Assembly: GCA_013112575.1 (NCBI GenBank) | Contig: JABFGG010000007.1 | Span: forward strand, 184,934 to 248,933 | Direction of reading: 5' to 3' | DNA from: Chloroflexota bacterium | GTDB lineage: Bacteria; Chloroflexota; Anaerolineae; Anaerolineales; UBA11579 | DNA: 64,000 nucleotides | Shown here: one piece after another, positions 1 through 8,021 of the stretch | How the letters are laid out: the number at the start of each line of letters is the position of its first letter | Numbering within the stretch: the stretch's first letter is position 1 | Notes under the pieces: generated by a model | Database searches by the model: none | What the model was told of the DNA's origin: nothing | Seen by the model: only the letters and a program-made list of their open reading frames with translations | Translations under genes and position numbers: made by a program

Positions 1-1264
1 CGAACGCCCCTTACAGGGCATCCCCGGCAGCATCCCCGGTTTGCAGCAGTTACCCACCGGCTGTGTATATGCCGACCGCTGCCCTTTAGCTATTGACATC
101 TGTTTTGACGAGCGCCCCCCGCTGGACACCCCTGTTGAGGGTCGGCGTGTGCGCTGCCACCGCTGGCCTGAGATCCTCTCGGGAGAGATCGATGCCCGCC
201 GCGCCGATGTGGAAGCTATCGCTGTGGAGGATTACAGCAGCCAGCCTCTACTGGATTTGGATGACGTTGAAGTACATTACCCCGTCGGGCAAAGCCTGGT
301 GGACACAGTGCGCCGCGAGGAACCCCAGGTCGTCAAGGCCGTTGACGGCGTCGACCTCACTGTCGGCACCCGCCGCACCCTCGGCATCGTCGGCGAAAGC
401 GGCAGCGGCAAGACCAGTCTGGCGCGCGCCATCATAGGTCTTGTGGCCCGCACTGGTGGCGAGATTGAGCTGCTCGATATGGCCCTCCCTCCAGAGCTGA
501 ACACCCGCGGCAAGGACGTTCTTAGGCATCTGCAGATTGTCTTCCAAAACCCCGACGAAGCCCTCAACCCTTACATGACCGTCGGCGAGATCCTGCGCAG
601 GCCCTTTGTCAACTTGCTGGACGAATCGCGCCAAGCTGCCGACGAAAAAGTGGCCGAGCTGCTGCAAGCCGTGCGTTTGCCCGCCGAGTACACCGAACGC
701 CGCCCGCCGCAGTTGAGTGGTGGTGAGAAGCAGCGTGTAGCGATAGCGCGTGCCTTTGCCGCCAACCCCGACCTCATGCTGGCCGATGAGCCTGTTTCGG
801 CCCTCGATGTTTCCGTGCAGGCTTCCGTGTTGAATTTGCTCAACGAACTCCAGATCGAGAACGCCAGCACGACCCTCTTCATCTCCCACGACATCGGCGT
901 GGTGGCCTATTTATCGGACGAGATTGCCGTAATGTATCTGGGCAACCTCATGGAGGTCACCGATGCAGACCAACTCTTTGACGTGCCCTACCATCCATAT
1001 ACTGAAGCCCTGCTCTCTGCTGTACCTGCTCCCGATCCCAGCGTCAAAAAAGAACGCATCCGTTTGGAGGGTGACATCCCCAGCGCCATCGACGTACCCA
1101 CGGGTTGCCCTTTCCACACACGCTGTCCACGCTTTTTGGGCGACGTTTGTGTGGATGAAAAACCACCCTGGCAGACGGCACCCAATGGCAAACGCATCTA
1201 CTGCCACATCCCGGTCGAAGAATTGATGGACATCCAAAAGCCAGTGGTGAAATTTGAAGAGTAA
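1..1264 (+). CDS. ABC transporter ATP-binding protein, oligopeptide/dipeptide (Opp/Dpp) family. It is 5'-truncated by the window edge and appears to be the second half of a fused double ATPase
   Basis: Frame 2 is open from nt 2. The first residues (..IPGSIPGLQQLPTGCVYADRCP) are the C-terminal Opp/Dpp ATPase signature of a preceding ATPase domain. A complete second domain follows: Walker A GESGSGKTS, signature LSGGEKQRVAIARA, Walker B LMLADEPVSALD, and a second C-terminal motif PTGCPFHTRCP. Confidence 0.85.
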   Translation, partial: ERPLQGIPGSIPGLQQLPTGCVYADRCPLAIDICFDERPPLDTPVEGRRVRCHRWPEILSGEIDARRADVEAIAVEDYSSQPLLDLDDVEVHYPVGQSLVDTVRREEPQVVKAVDGVDLTVGTRRTLGIVGESGSGKTSLARAIIGLVARTGGEIELLDMALPPELNTRGKDVLRHLQIVFQNPDEALNPYMTVGEILRRPFVNLLDESRQAADEKVAELLQAVRLPAEYTERRPPQLSGGEKQRVAIARAFAANPDLMLADEPVSALDVSVQASVLNLLNELQIENASTTLFISHDIGVVAYLSDEIAVMYLGNLMEVTDADQLFDVPYHPYTEALLSAVPAPDPSVKKERIRLEGDIPSAIDVPTGCPFHTRCPRFLGDVCVDEKPPWQTAPNGKRIYCHIPVEELMDIQKPVVKFEE

Positions 1265-1267
1265 GTT

Positions 1268-2215
1268 ATGCTGAGATATCTATTACGCCGCATGGGCTTC
1301 CTGGCCCTCACCATCATTGTCACCTCCCTCATTATTTTCACTATCGCGCAGGTGCTGCCCGGCGACGTATGCCGTGTGATCCTGGGTCGCGAAGTTGGCG
1401 ATCAGGCCCTGGCAGACTGCCGCGAAGACCTGGGTCTGGATGACCCTCTCGTCGTGCGCTACGTCACCTGGTTGAGTGATTTTGCTCAGGGCGATTGGGG
1501 CACCTCCTACAGCACCCGCACCGAGATCCGCCCACAGGTCATGGATCGTTTGCGCAACTCGATGATGCTGGCCGCTGTCACCCTGGTGATCGCCGTACCT
1601 ATCTCTACCTTATTGGGGGTCATCGCCGGATTTAATGAAGGCAAACCTGTCGACAATGTCATCAGCATATCTTCCCTGGCAGTCGTTGGGCTACCCGAAT
1701 TCGTTACCGGTATTTTCCTTATTGAGATCTTTGGGCACTGGTTGGGCTGGTTCCCGCCCAATTCCTCCATTCGCGCCGGCACCAGTTTCCAGGAAGCCTT
1801 GCCCAGCCTGATCCTCCCTGCCTTTACCGCTACCTTTGTATTGCTGGCTTATGTGGCTCGCCTGACGCGTGCCGGGGTGCTTGAAGAGCTAAAACGCCCT
1901 TACGTGCGCACCGCCGCACTCAAAGGCTTGCCGCGTGCCACGGTGATGATCAAACACGTCCTGCGCAATGCCTTGCTGCCCACCATTACGGTTTTGGCCA
2001 TCAGCTTTGGCTGGCTGATCAGTGGCCTCATTGTCATCGAAAATGTCTTTAACTACCCCGGCCTCGGTCGCCTCATGACCTTCGCCATTGACCGCCGCGA
2101 TCTCCCCCTGCTACAGGCCGTCACCATGCTCACCGTGATCGGCTTCGCCGCCGCCAACCTCGGGGCAGACCTGCTCTATGCCTACCTCAACCCCCGCATC
2201 CGCGTGGGGGAATAG
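1268..2215 (+). CDS. ABC transporter permease (DppB/OppB-like)
   Basis: 315 aa. It starts 4 nt after the ATPase stop. It is a multi-TM protein with a typical N-terminus (MLRYLLRRMGFLALTIIV) and C-terminus (ADLLYAYLNPRIR) of BPD-type peptide permeases. Confidence 0.85.
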   Translation: MLRYLLRRMGFLALTIIVTSLIIFTIAQVLPGDVCRVILGREVGDQALADCREDLGLDDPLVVRYVTWLSDFAQGDWGTSYSTRTEIRPQVMDRLRNSMMLAAVTLVIAVPISTLLGVIAGFNEGKPVDNVISISSLAVVGLPEFVTGIFLIEIFGHWLGWFPPNSSIRAGTSFQEALPSLILPAFTATFVLLAYVARLTRAGVLEELKRPYVRTAALKGLPRATVMIKHVLRNALLPTITVLAISFGWLISGLIVIENVFNYPGLGRLMTFAIDRRDLPLLQAVTMLTVIGFAAANLGADLLYAYLNPRIRVGE

Positions 2216-2266
2216 CGAATCCTAACATTTATTGAATTTGATGTCGGTTGCTTGAAAGAAGGCCAG

Positions 2267-2647
2267 CTAAAACAAACTGATAATTCCTTGTGATTGAGCG
2301 TAAGCTATTGCGATGAGCACAAGGATGGCAACGACAGCTGTGATCCGCAACCAAGTATTGACCCCGCGACCAAAACCTTTATGGATGTATGCATCTGCAG
2401 GATCATCCACATTGTAGAAGATCTCAATAGTGGAATTGGGGGGATACCTATTCACGATCTTTTGGACTGAACTCTGAATGCCACGCCCGACAGTATTCTC
2501 AGTGAAACGGTCATTACTATATTCCTGTCCATCGACTTCATAACGATAGCTGATCACAGGGATATAACGCATTTGCCCACCGCCACTTATGGCTGTACCA
2601 ATACGTCCAGCAAGGACTGTCGCTATTGTTTTCTTATAACGCGGCAT
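2267..2647 (-). CDS. DUF3592-like small membrane protein
   Basis: 126 aa. The core IPVISYRYEVDGQEYSNDRF and a C-terminal TM helix resemble the DUF3592 family. Confidence 0.55.
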   Translation of the reverse strand: MPRYKKTIATVLAGRIGTAISGGGQMRYIPVISYRYEVDGQEYSNDRFTENTVGRGIQSSVQKIVNRYPPNSTIEIFYNVDDPADAYIHKGFGRGVNTWLRITAVVAILVLIAIAYAQSQGIISLF

Positions 2648-2733
2648 AATGTGCTCTCCTCCGGGTGAATATCCCGTTATTATACCGATTATCCGACCCC
2701 AAGCGATAAGCCATGTATAAAATCTGAGGTGTA

Positions 2734-3030
2734 CTAGCCTCCCGCAATTGCCCCAATCACCTTGAAGGGCTCCTCACCTGTTGCCACCGCTTCGGGCAAC
2801 TCTGCATCCGGACCCTGGTGCGACAGGTCTTCTTTGCAAGCAAAAAAGCGCAAATAAGCGCGTCGCTCCTGGGTGACGTGATCGCGGATCGTGCCGCGCA
2901 ACACTGGGTACTGCGCCTCTAAAGCATCCAGGATAGCGCGCTGCGTCACCGCCACTTTAACTTCGACTTCCACTTCGTCGCCCGCTCCAGTCAGCGTGCG
3001 CAAATGATAAGGCAGTTGCACGCGGATCAT
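2734..3030 (-). CDS. MoaD/ThiS-family ubiquitin-like sulfur-carrier-type protein
   Basis: 98 aa ending in a C-terminal Gly-Gly (..VIGAIAGG). Size and pattern fit a beta-grasp fold. Its start overlaps the upstream gene stop as ATGA. Confidence 0.7.
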   Translation of the reverse strand: MIRVQLPYHLRTLTGAGDEVEVEVKVAVTQRAILDALEAQYPVLRGTIRDHVTQERRAYLRFFACKEDLSHQGPDAELPEAVATGEEPFKVIGAIAGG

Positions 3031-4142
3031 GGCAGGGTCTGCACCTCGACAGACATCACCCGTGGCAGGTCCTGCACTATGGGCATCCAGTTATCGCCCT
3101 CATCTGCTGAGACGTACACCTGCCCGCCGGTTGTGCCGAAATACACGCCACAGGGATCAAGGGTATCGATTGCCATGGCATCCCGCAAAACGTTCACATA
3201 GCAATCCTTTTGTGGCAAACCTTTGGTCAGCGCTTCCCACTCATTACCGCCGCTGCGGCTACGGTACACCCTCAACTTGCCCTCGGGCGGGTAGTGTTCC
3301 GAGTCGCTCTTGATCGGCAGCACGTACACTGTCTCTGGCTCGTGGGCATGCACGTCCACCACAAAGCCGAAGTCGCTCGGCAAGTTGCCGCTGACCTCGT
3401 GCCATGAGTCACCGGCGTCATCGGTGCGCATCACGTCCCAGTGCTTTTGCATGAACAGGGTATCGGGTTTGGAAGGGTGGATTGCCAGGCGATGTACACA
3501 GTGACCGACATTGGCTTCCGGGTCAGGGATGTATTCCGAATTCAGCCCCTGGTTGATCGGGCTCCAGGTCTCTCCGCCATCAATAGTGCGGAAGGCACCT
3601 GCGGCTGAAATGGCTACGTAAATGCGGTCCTCATTGCTAGGGTCCAAGATAATGGTATGCAAGCATAAACCGCCTGCGCCGGGCTGCCAGTCGGGCCCCG
3701 TGCCGTGGCCGCGTAACCCCGGCAGTTCTTTCCAGGTCTGGCCGGCATCCGTAGAACGGAACAGGGCCGCGTCCTCTGCACCGGCATAGACTGTATCCGC
3801 ATCAGTAAGCGAGGGTTCCACGTGCCACACACGTTTGAATTCCCAGGGGTGCGGTGTGCCGTCATACCAGGCATGAGTACCCGGTGTGCCTTCATAGAGA
3901 AACTCATTGCCTACCGTATCCCAGGTCACGCCACCATCGTCAGAACGATGCGTAACCTGCCCGAACCAGTCACTGCCCTGCGAGGCATAGATACGGTTGA
4001 GGTCAACCGGGGAACCCTTCATATGGTAGATCTCCCAGCCGCCAAAATGGGGGCCGTCGACCTGCCACTTGTCACGCTTGCCATCCGCCGTCAGGATGAA
4101 AGCACCTTTGGCTGTACCGACCAGCACACGCACTCCACTCAT
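3027..4142 (-). CDS. BNR/Asp-box repeat beta-propeller protein (sialidase-like / glycosyl-hydrolase-like fold)
   Basis: 371 aa with six SxDxGxTW-type Asp-boxes: [48 protein letters not shown]. No signal peptide is evident. Confidence 0.7.
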   Translation of the reverse strand: MSGVRVLVGTAKGAFILTADGKRDKWQVDGPHFGGWEIYHMKGSPVDLNRIYASQGSDWFGQVTHRSDDGGVTWDTVGNEFLYEGTPGTHAWYDGTPHPWEFKRVWHVEPSLTDADTVYAGAEDAALFRSTDAGQTWKELPGLRGHGTGPDWQPGAGGLCLHTIILDPSNEDRIYVAISAAGAFRTIDGGETWSPINQGLNSEYIPDPEANVGHCVHRLAIHPSKPDTLFMQKHWDVMRTDDAGDSWHEVSGNLPSDFGFVVDVHAHEPETVYVLPIKSDSEHYPPEGKLRVYRSRSGGNEWEALTKGLPQKDCYVNVLRDAMAIDTLDPCGVYFGTTGGQVYVSADEGDNWMPIVQDLPRVMSVEVQTLP

Positions 4143-4335
4143 TATTCACTTCCTTTCAAATCCTTCTGATATTCTTTTGTAAATAGGCCACTTCCATTAT
4201 AGAACATAATTTCTGATTATCAATTAAGAGTTTTGGATGTGCGTAGGGCCGCACCGTGATGCGCCCGCCCAGTAGCAAGGCAAGCTTCTAACATTGAAGG
4301 TAATAATTTCTTGCCATCCGCCTTCTGTATAATAC

Positions 4336-5004
4336 ATGCCTACTTACCACCAGGTACTCATCCAAATGAGAAATTCCCCGACCTACCAAACCCTTGCCCA
4401 CTACCGCCGCGAGGTTTCTGACCTCTACAGCGAACTGCGCAATTCAAGCGCCAGCCCACAGGAACGTTGGCAGCTCTGGCACCAAAAGCGCGATGCGCTG
4501 CTCCACGAGCATTCCCAATCAGCCCTCTCTGAGGAACAAAAAGCCAGTTTCAATGGCCTGGAGTATTTTGATTACGATCCGTCCCTGCATTTCGTTTTGG
4601 AAATAGATCAGAAAGTTGAGTCTCAAATTTTCGAGGTTCCCTTGCAAGACGACGGCCTGATGAAGATGCAGCGTTTTGGGCAAATCCGTTTTGAAATAGC
4701 CGACCAACCTGTTGAGCTGTCCCTCTTCTGGATACTGGGTTATGGTGGCGGTATCTTCCTGCCCTTCCGAGACGAGACCAACAAGACGGGTGAAACCTAT
4801 GGCGGGGGACGCTACCTACTGGACACCATCAAACATGCTGACCTGGGAGAAGAGCAAGGCAAACTGGTCATTGATTTCAACTTTGCCTATAACCCCTCTT
4901 GCGCTTATAACCCCATGTGGCACTGTCCCTTAGCCCCCAAAGAGAACTGGCTGCCTGTGCCCATCCAGGCTGGCGAAAAGGCTTACCCTACCATCGCCAG
5001 CTAG
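4336..5004 (+). CDS. DUF1684 domain-containing protein
   Basis: 222 aa. The C-terminal motif FNFAYNPSCAYNPMWHCPLAPKENWLPVPIQAGEK matches my memory of the DUF1684 signature. The start is uncertain; M11 at 4366 is an alternative. Confidence 0.65.
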   Translation: MPTYHQVLIQMRNSPTYQTLAHYRREVSDLYSELRNSSASPQERWQLWHQKRDALLHEHSQSALSEEQKASFNGLEYFDYDPSLHFVLEIDQKVESQIFEVPLQDDGLMKMQRFGQIRFEIADQPVELSLFWILGYGGGIFLPFRDETNKTGETYGGGRYLLDTIKHADLGEEQGKLVIDFNFAYNPSCAYNPMWHCPLAPKENWLPVPIQAGEKAYPTIAS

Positions 5005-6146
5005 GCCGTTGCCGCAGCCGCGGAGATCTCCACCATTTTAAGTCGTCCGCTTTGGCGGTCTTCCTCGATCATCTGACTTATTTCAGCCAGGCCTTTGCGC
5101 ACCCCTTGTTGGAATTCTGACTTCATAAAGGGGTACATCACTCTCAGGGCTAAGGCATGGAGAGAATTTTCATCATTGTATATTCGAGTGAAATGTACTT
5201 GATAGTTGGTGCCGTCCCCGCTTTCTTTAACGAAGGCACTGAAGCGCTGTTTGAAAATAATCGGTCCAAAGCGCCCCTGTCCCTCAATCGTCAAATAATC
5301 AAAGGGACGCCAGTCGAGGATAGTTTCATCAGAAACATTATCTCCATGAATACAATGATATGTCGTCCCCACATCCAGCCGCCCGCCATGATTACCAGAT
5401 ACCTTACTCGTATCAGAAAAACGATAACGGGCCCTGTGTTCCGGCGAGTTGATGTAGTCCCAGGCAACAGGTACAGAAACAGGTAGATCAAGATTGAAAC
5501 TCATTGCCGCCTCTTCAGGGCGGATCACCACCCGCAAACGCTCTCTGTTGCGTTGCCAAACGGGTTTCAGGTCATAAGCCCAGCCATGAACCTCCCCCAA
5601 ATGATCATAACTCTCTGAGTGCTCTTTCATCACAGAGGTCATTTCATTGAGCTTGAGAACATCAATGGCGGCCTGGGTAAAATAAGCATACGCATTGATA
5701 CCTGTTTTCTCGGGGATGTGGTTCTTAAGCAAACGGTGTGTCAGGTTGACATCACTGCCCACCATCTCGGTCATATTGCCCAACTTCTGTAAGCCAAACT
5801 CCCCAAAGTGCGTGACGAACTTCAGGTCCAATTGGTGCATATTCTGGCAAGCGTCGCAGGGGCAGGTCGTGTTGCGGTCACTGTGCTCCAGTTCGGTATG
5901 GAAAGCACAGTAAATTTGCTCCAGCATTTCCAACAGCGTCTGTCCCATGATGAAGGCATTTCCTAATGAATAAGAAATGACTGCATCACCCTCAGTACGG
6001 GAAATGGTCAATGGGGGATGAATTTCTTTGAGAATCGTGTTTAAAAGGCTTTCCAGGATTTCCTGAGCATGTTCCAACTCTGAGCCACTTAAATAGGCTG
6101 TATACCCCGTAATGTCCGCAACGATAATAAATCCATTCTCAGCCAT
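5001..6146 (-). CDS. DUF2652-like protein (N-terminal nucleotide-cyclase-like fold, C-terminal SRPBCC-like region)
   Basis: 381 aa. The N-terminus FIIVADITGYTAYLSGSELEHAQEIL is the hallmark of DUF2652. It converges on the DUF1684 gene with a 4-nt overlap. Confidence 0.6.
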   Translation of the reverse strand: MAENGFIIVADITGYTAYLSGSELEHAQEILESLLNTILKEIHPPLTISRTEGDAVISYSLGNAFIMGQTLLEMLEQIYCAFHTELEHSDRNTTCPCDACQNMHQLDLKFVTHFGEFGLQKLGNMTEMVGSDVNLTHRLLKNHIPEKTGINAYAYFTQAAIDVLKLNEMTSVMKEHSESYDHLGEVHGWAYDLKPVWQRNRERLRVVIRPEEAAMSFNLDLPVSVPVAWDYINSPEHRARYRFSDTSKVSGNHGGRLDVGTTYHCIHGDNVSDETILDWRPFDYLTIEGQGRFGPIIFKQRFSAFVKESGDGTNYQVHFTRIYNDENSLHALALRVMYPFMKSEFQQGVRKGLAEISQMIEEDRQSGRLKMVEISAAAATA

Positions 6147-6290
6147 CTCTTCCTCCAGTCAAGACGAATTCTATTTTACCGGAAATGTTGACACCCCAGT
6201 CTCCAAGTGCTATGGTTTGGGCTCTAAAAGATTAATCAAAGCTATACTAGCTAATTGATAGAATAGTACAAACCAACCGAGGAGTAGAAG

Positions 6291-7115
6291 ATGCAAACCC
6301 AACCCCAGAAACGTAAACTTATCCTGTTTTCCCTCGTACTCATGCTGGCTAGCTTGGCCTGTTTATGCACCAGCGGCATCACAGACCTCATTGAGAGTAA
6401 CGTCCCCGATGAGGTCACTATCATCGAAGAAGTATTGCCTACCCCTGAGATCAGTGATCCTTTGCAGGCCCCTGAAGAAGAACCACAGGGCGGTGACACG
6501 TCCTCCGGAAATTCGATTTCCACCGGAAATGATGGCCTTGCTGTTATTGACACCAACTTCATTGAGGACGATTTCGGCACATTCTCCTTCCTGATCCTGG
6601 TAGAGAATACCGGCAGCGTGGGCCTCGAGTTTGTCGAAGCCAGTGTAACCCTCAAGGACGGCAGCGGCACTATCGTCTCCAATGAAAATGCCTACAGTTC
6701 CGCAGGCCTCATTGAGCCCGGTGGTCGCTCCCCTCTCTCGGTGAATTGGTACGATGACGTCCCTGCCTGGGAGACTTTCGAACTCTTTGTTGATGGTGAT
6801 GAAGTTGATCCGGATTTTGCCTACTATTACACAGACTTTGAGGTGACCAGCAGTGAACTGACCCTTGATGAATTTGACAACAATGAGATTGTCGGGGAAG
6901 TCCAAAACACAGGCGACGCCACAACCAACTTCGTCAGCATTGTTGCCATTTTATATGATGCCGGTGGCCGCATCATTGGTGAGGGCTTCACATCAACGGA
7001 TGTTGACATCCTGCAACCCGGCGACACCTCTACCTTCACGGTCTTTATTTTTGGTGCCGGCGGTGAAATTGATAGTTACGATCTAATCGTCCAGGGCTCC
7101 GAAGCCACCGAATAA
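6291..7115 (+). CDS. Secreted/anchored protein with two FxLYD-like beta-sandwich repeats
   Basis: 274 aa with an N-terminal hydrophobic signal (LILFSLVLMLASLACLC) and an acidic linker. Two similar modules are present; the second contains FVSIVAILYDAGGRIIGEG (FxLYD-like). Confidence 0.45.
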   Translation: MQTQPQKRKLILFSLVLMLASLACLCTSGITDLIESNVPDEVTIIEEVLPTPEISDPLQAPEEEPQGGDTSSGNSISTGNDGLAVIDTNFIEDDFGTFSFLILVENTGSVGLEFVEASVTLKDGSGTIVSNENAYSSAGLIEPGGRSPLSVNWYDDVPAWETFELFVDGDEVDPDFAYYYTDFEVTSSELTLDEFDNNEIVGEVQNTGDATTNFVSIVAILYDAGGRIIGEGFTSTDVDILQPGDTSTFTVFIFGAGGEIDSYDLIVQGSEATE

Positions 7116-7138
7116 AACAATCCAAAAACCACCTTGCT

Positions 7139-7167
7139 AGAAGTGCGGCCTGCGTGGCCGCACTTCT
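7139..7167 (+). terminator. Hairpin downstream of the 6291-7115 gene
   Basis: agaagtgcggcc-tgcgt-ggccgcacttct forms a perfect 12-bp stem. The following U-tract is weak. Confidence 0.4.
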
Positions 7168-7299
7168 CATTTAAGAGATCCGTCTTGATATAGTGGCGCA
7201 AGGCCAAGCGCAGCTTGGACAATGTCTCGCCCTTATTTAATAATTAGAATTTGCAAAGCAAACTCGGTATGCAAATGGGCCAGCATCTACACCCTCCGC

Positions 7300-7328
7300 T
7301 TGACATCCCCCAGCCCTTCATTTACAAT
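7300..7328 (+). promoter_or_regulatory. Sigma70-type promoter for the tRNA-Ala pair, and possibly for the T-box/leuS unit
   Basis: -35 TTGACA (7300-7305), a 17-nt spacer, then -10 TACAAT (7323-7328), about 20 nt upstream of the first tRNA. Confidence 0.55.
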
Positions 7329-7347
7329 CTGGCAACCTTCGGGTTTC

Positions 7348-7420
7348 GGGCCTGTAGCGCAGTTGGGAGCGCGCATCAATCGCACTGATGAGGTCGCGGG
7401 TTCGAATCCCGCCAGGTCCA
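7348..7420 (+). tRNA. tRNA-Ala (anticodon CGC)
   Basis: GGGCCTGTAGCGCAGTTGGGAGCGCGCATCAATCGCACTGATGAGGTCGCGGGTTCGAATCCCGCCAGGTCCA. It folds as a cloverleaf by hand: anticodon loop ATCGCAC, G3:U70 alanine identity pair, T-loop GGTTCGAATCC. CCA is not encoded. Confidence 0.9.
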
Positions 7421-7455
7421 CTGGCAAGGTCGAAAACTTGCTGAACGCAGTACCT

Positions 7456-7528
7456 GGGCCCATGGCGCAGTTGGGAGCGCGCCTCAATGGCATTGAGGAG
7501 GTCGTGGGTTCGAATCCCACTGGGTCCA
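7456..7528 (+). tRNA. tRNA-Ala (anticodon GGC)
   Basis: GGGCCCATGGCGCAGTTGGGAGCGCGCCTCAATGGCATTGAGGAGGTCGTGGGTTCGAATCCCACTGGGTCCA. Anticodon loop ATGGCAT, G3:U70 pair. CCA is not encoded. Confidence 0.9.
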
Positions 7529-7549
7529 CTCAAACTGAACTGAATAGAT

Positions 7550-7785
7550 AAAGGTCATGGCAGGAGTACTAAGCCACAGCCAGCGAGCCGGAGACAGTGC
7601 AAGCCCGGCAACGGCCTAACTCGCCTGCCGGTCCCACCAAGGACAGACTGCATCACTGAAAGCCAGTAGGTGATGCCGGAAACGCCCGTTAGCGCGAACT
7701 GAGAGGGCACAGTTTTGTGTGCCAATCAGGGTGGTACCGCGGAGTTCCCCTTCGTCCCTGTAGATCGGCGAAGGGTTTTTGTTTT
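7550..7785 (+). promoter_or_regulatory. T-box riboswitch leader (leucine specifier) upstream of leuS
   Basis: The canonical T-box sequence AATCAGGGTGGTACCGCG lies at about 7722-7741. Stem I runs GGCAGG...CCTGCC (7558-7628) with an AGTA element, an AGCGA bulge and an AGTGCAAG distal loop. The 3' side of the presumed specifier loop reads CTAACTCG, which contains the Leu codons CUA and CUC. An intrinsic terminator follows. Confidence 0.8.
7748..7785 (+). terminator. Intrinsic terminator of the T-box leader
   Basis: Stem CCCTTCG / CGAAGGG (7748-7754 and 7769-7775), followed by TTTTTGTTTT (7776-7785). Confidence 0.8.
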
Positions 7786-8021
7786 AAATGGCTAATCAAC
7801 TAAACCAAAGGAGGCTGCAATGAACAAGATCAAAAATCTCATTATTAGGATGATGCGCTCTCTTCTCCATCCTTCCACGCCCGCAGCTCTTCCTGTTCGC
7901 ATCCAACAGCGCCCGACGTGGAAACATCCCATTCGTAAATAACCCCCGTTCCGCGGCCACCGCCGCGCGTCTACTGCCGTCCTGGCCCTCCGGGACGGGG
8001 AAAATCACCAGGAGCATAACC

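Noticed and set aside
4326-4338. TGTATAAT extended -10 element immediately upstream of the DUF1684 ATG, considered as a leaderless promoter
   Set aside because: Only 2 nt separate the -10 hexamer from ATG 4336, too close for a transcription start at or before that codon. I therefore do not call either a promoter or a leaderless mRNA here.
7222-7551. 109-aa plus-strand ORF, plus 80- and 71-aa minus-strand ORFs
   Set aside because: They run through the two tRNA-Ala genes and their promoter. The repeated GSNP/ARLN peptide is simply the translated T-arm of both tRNAs.
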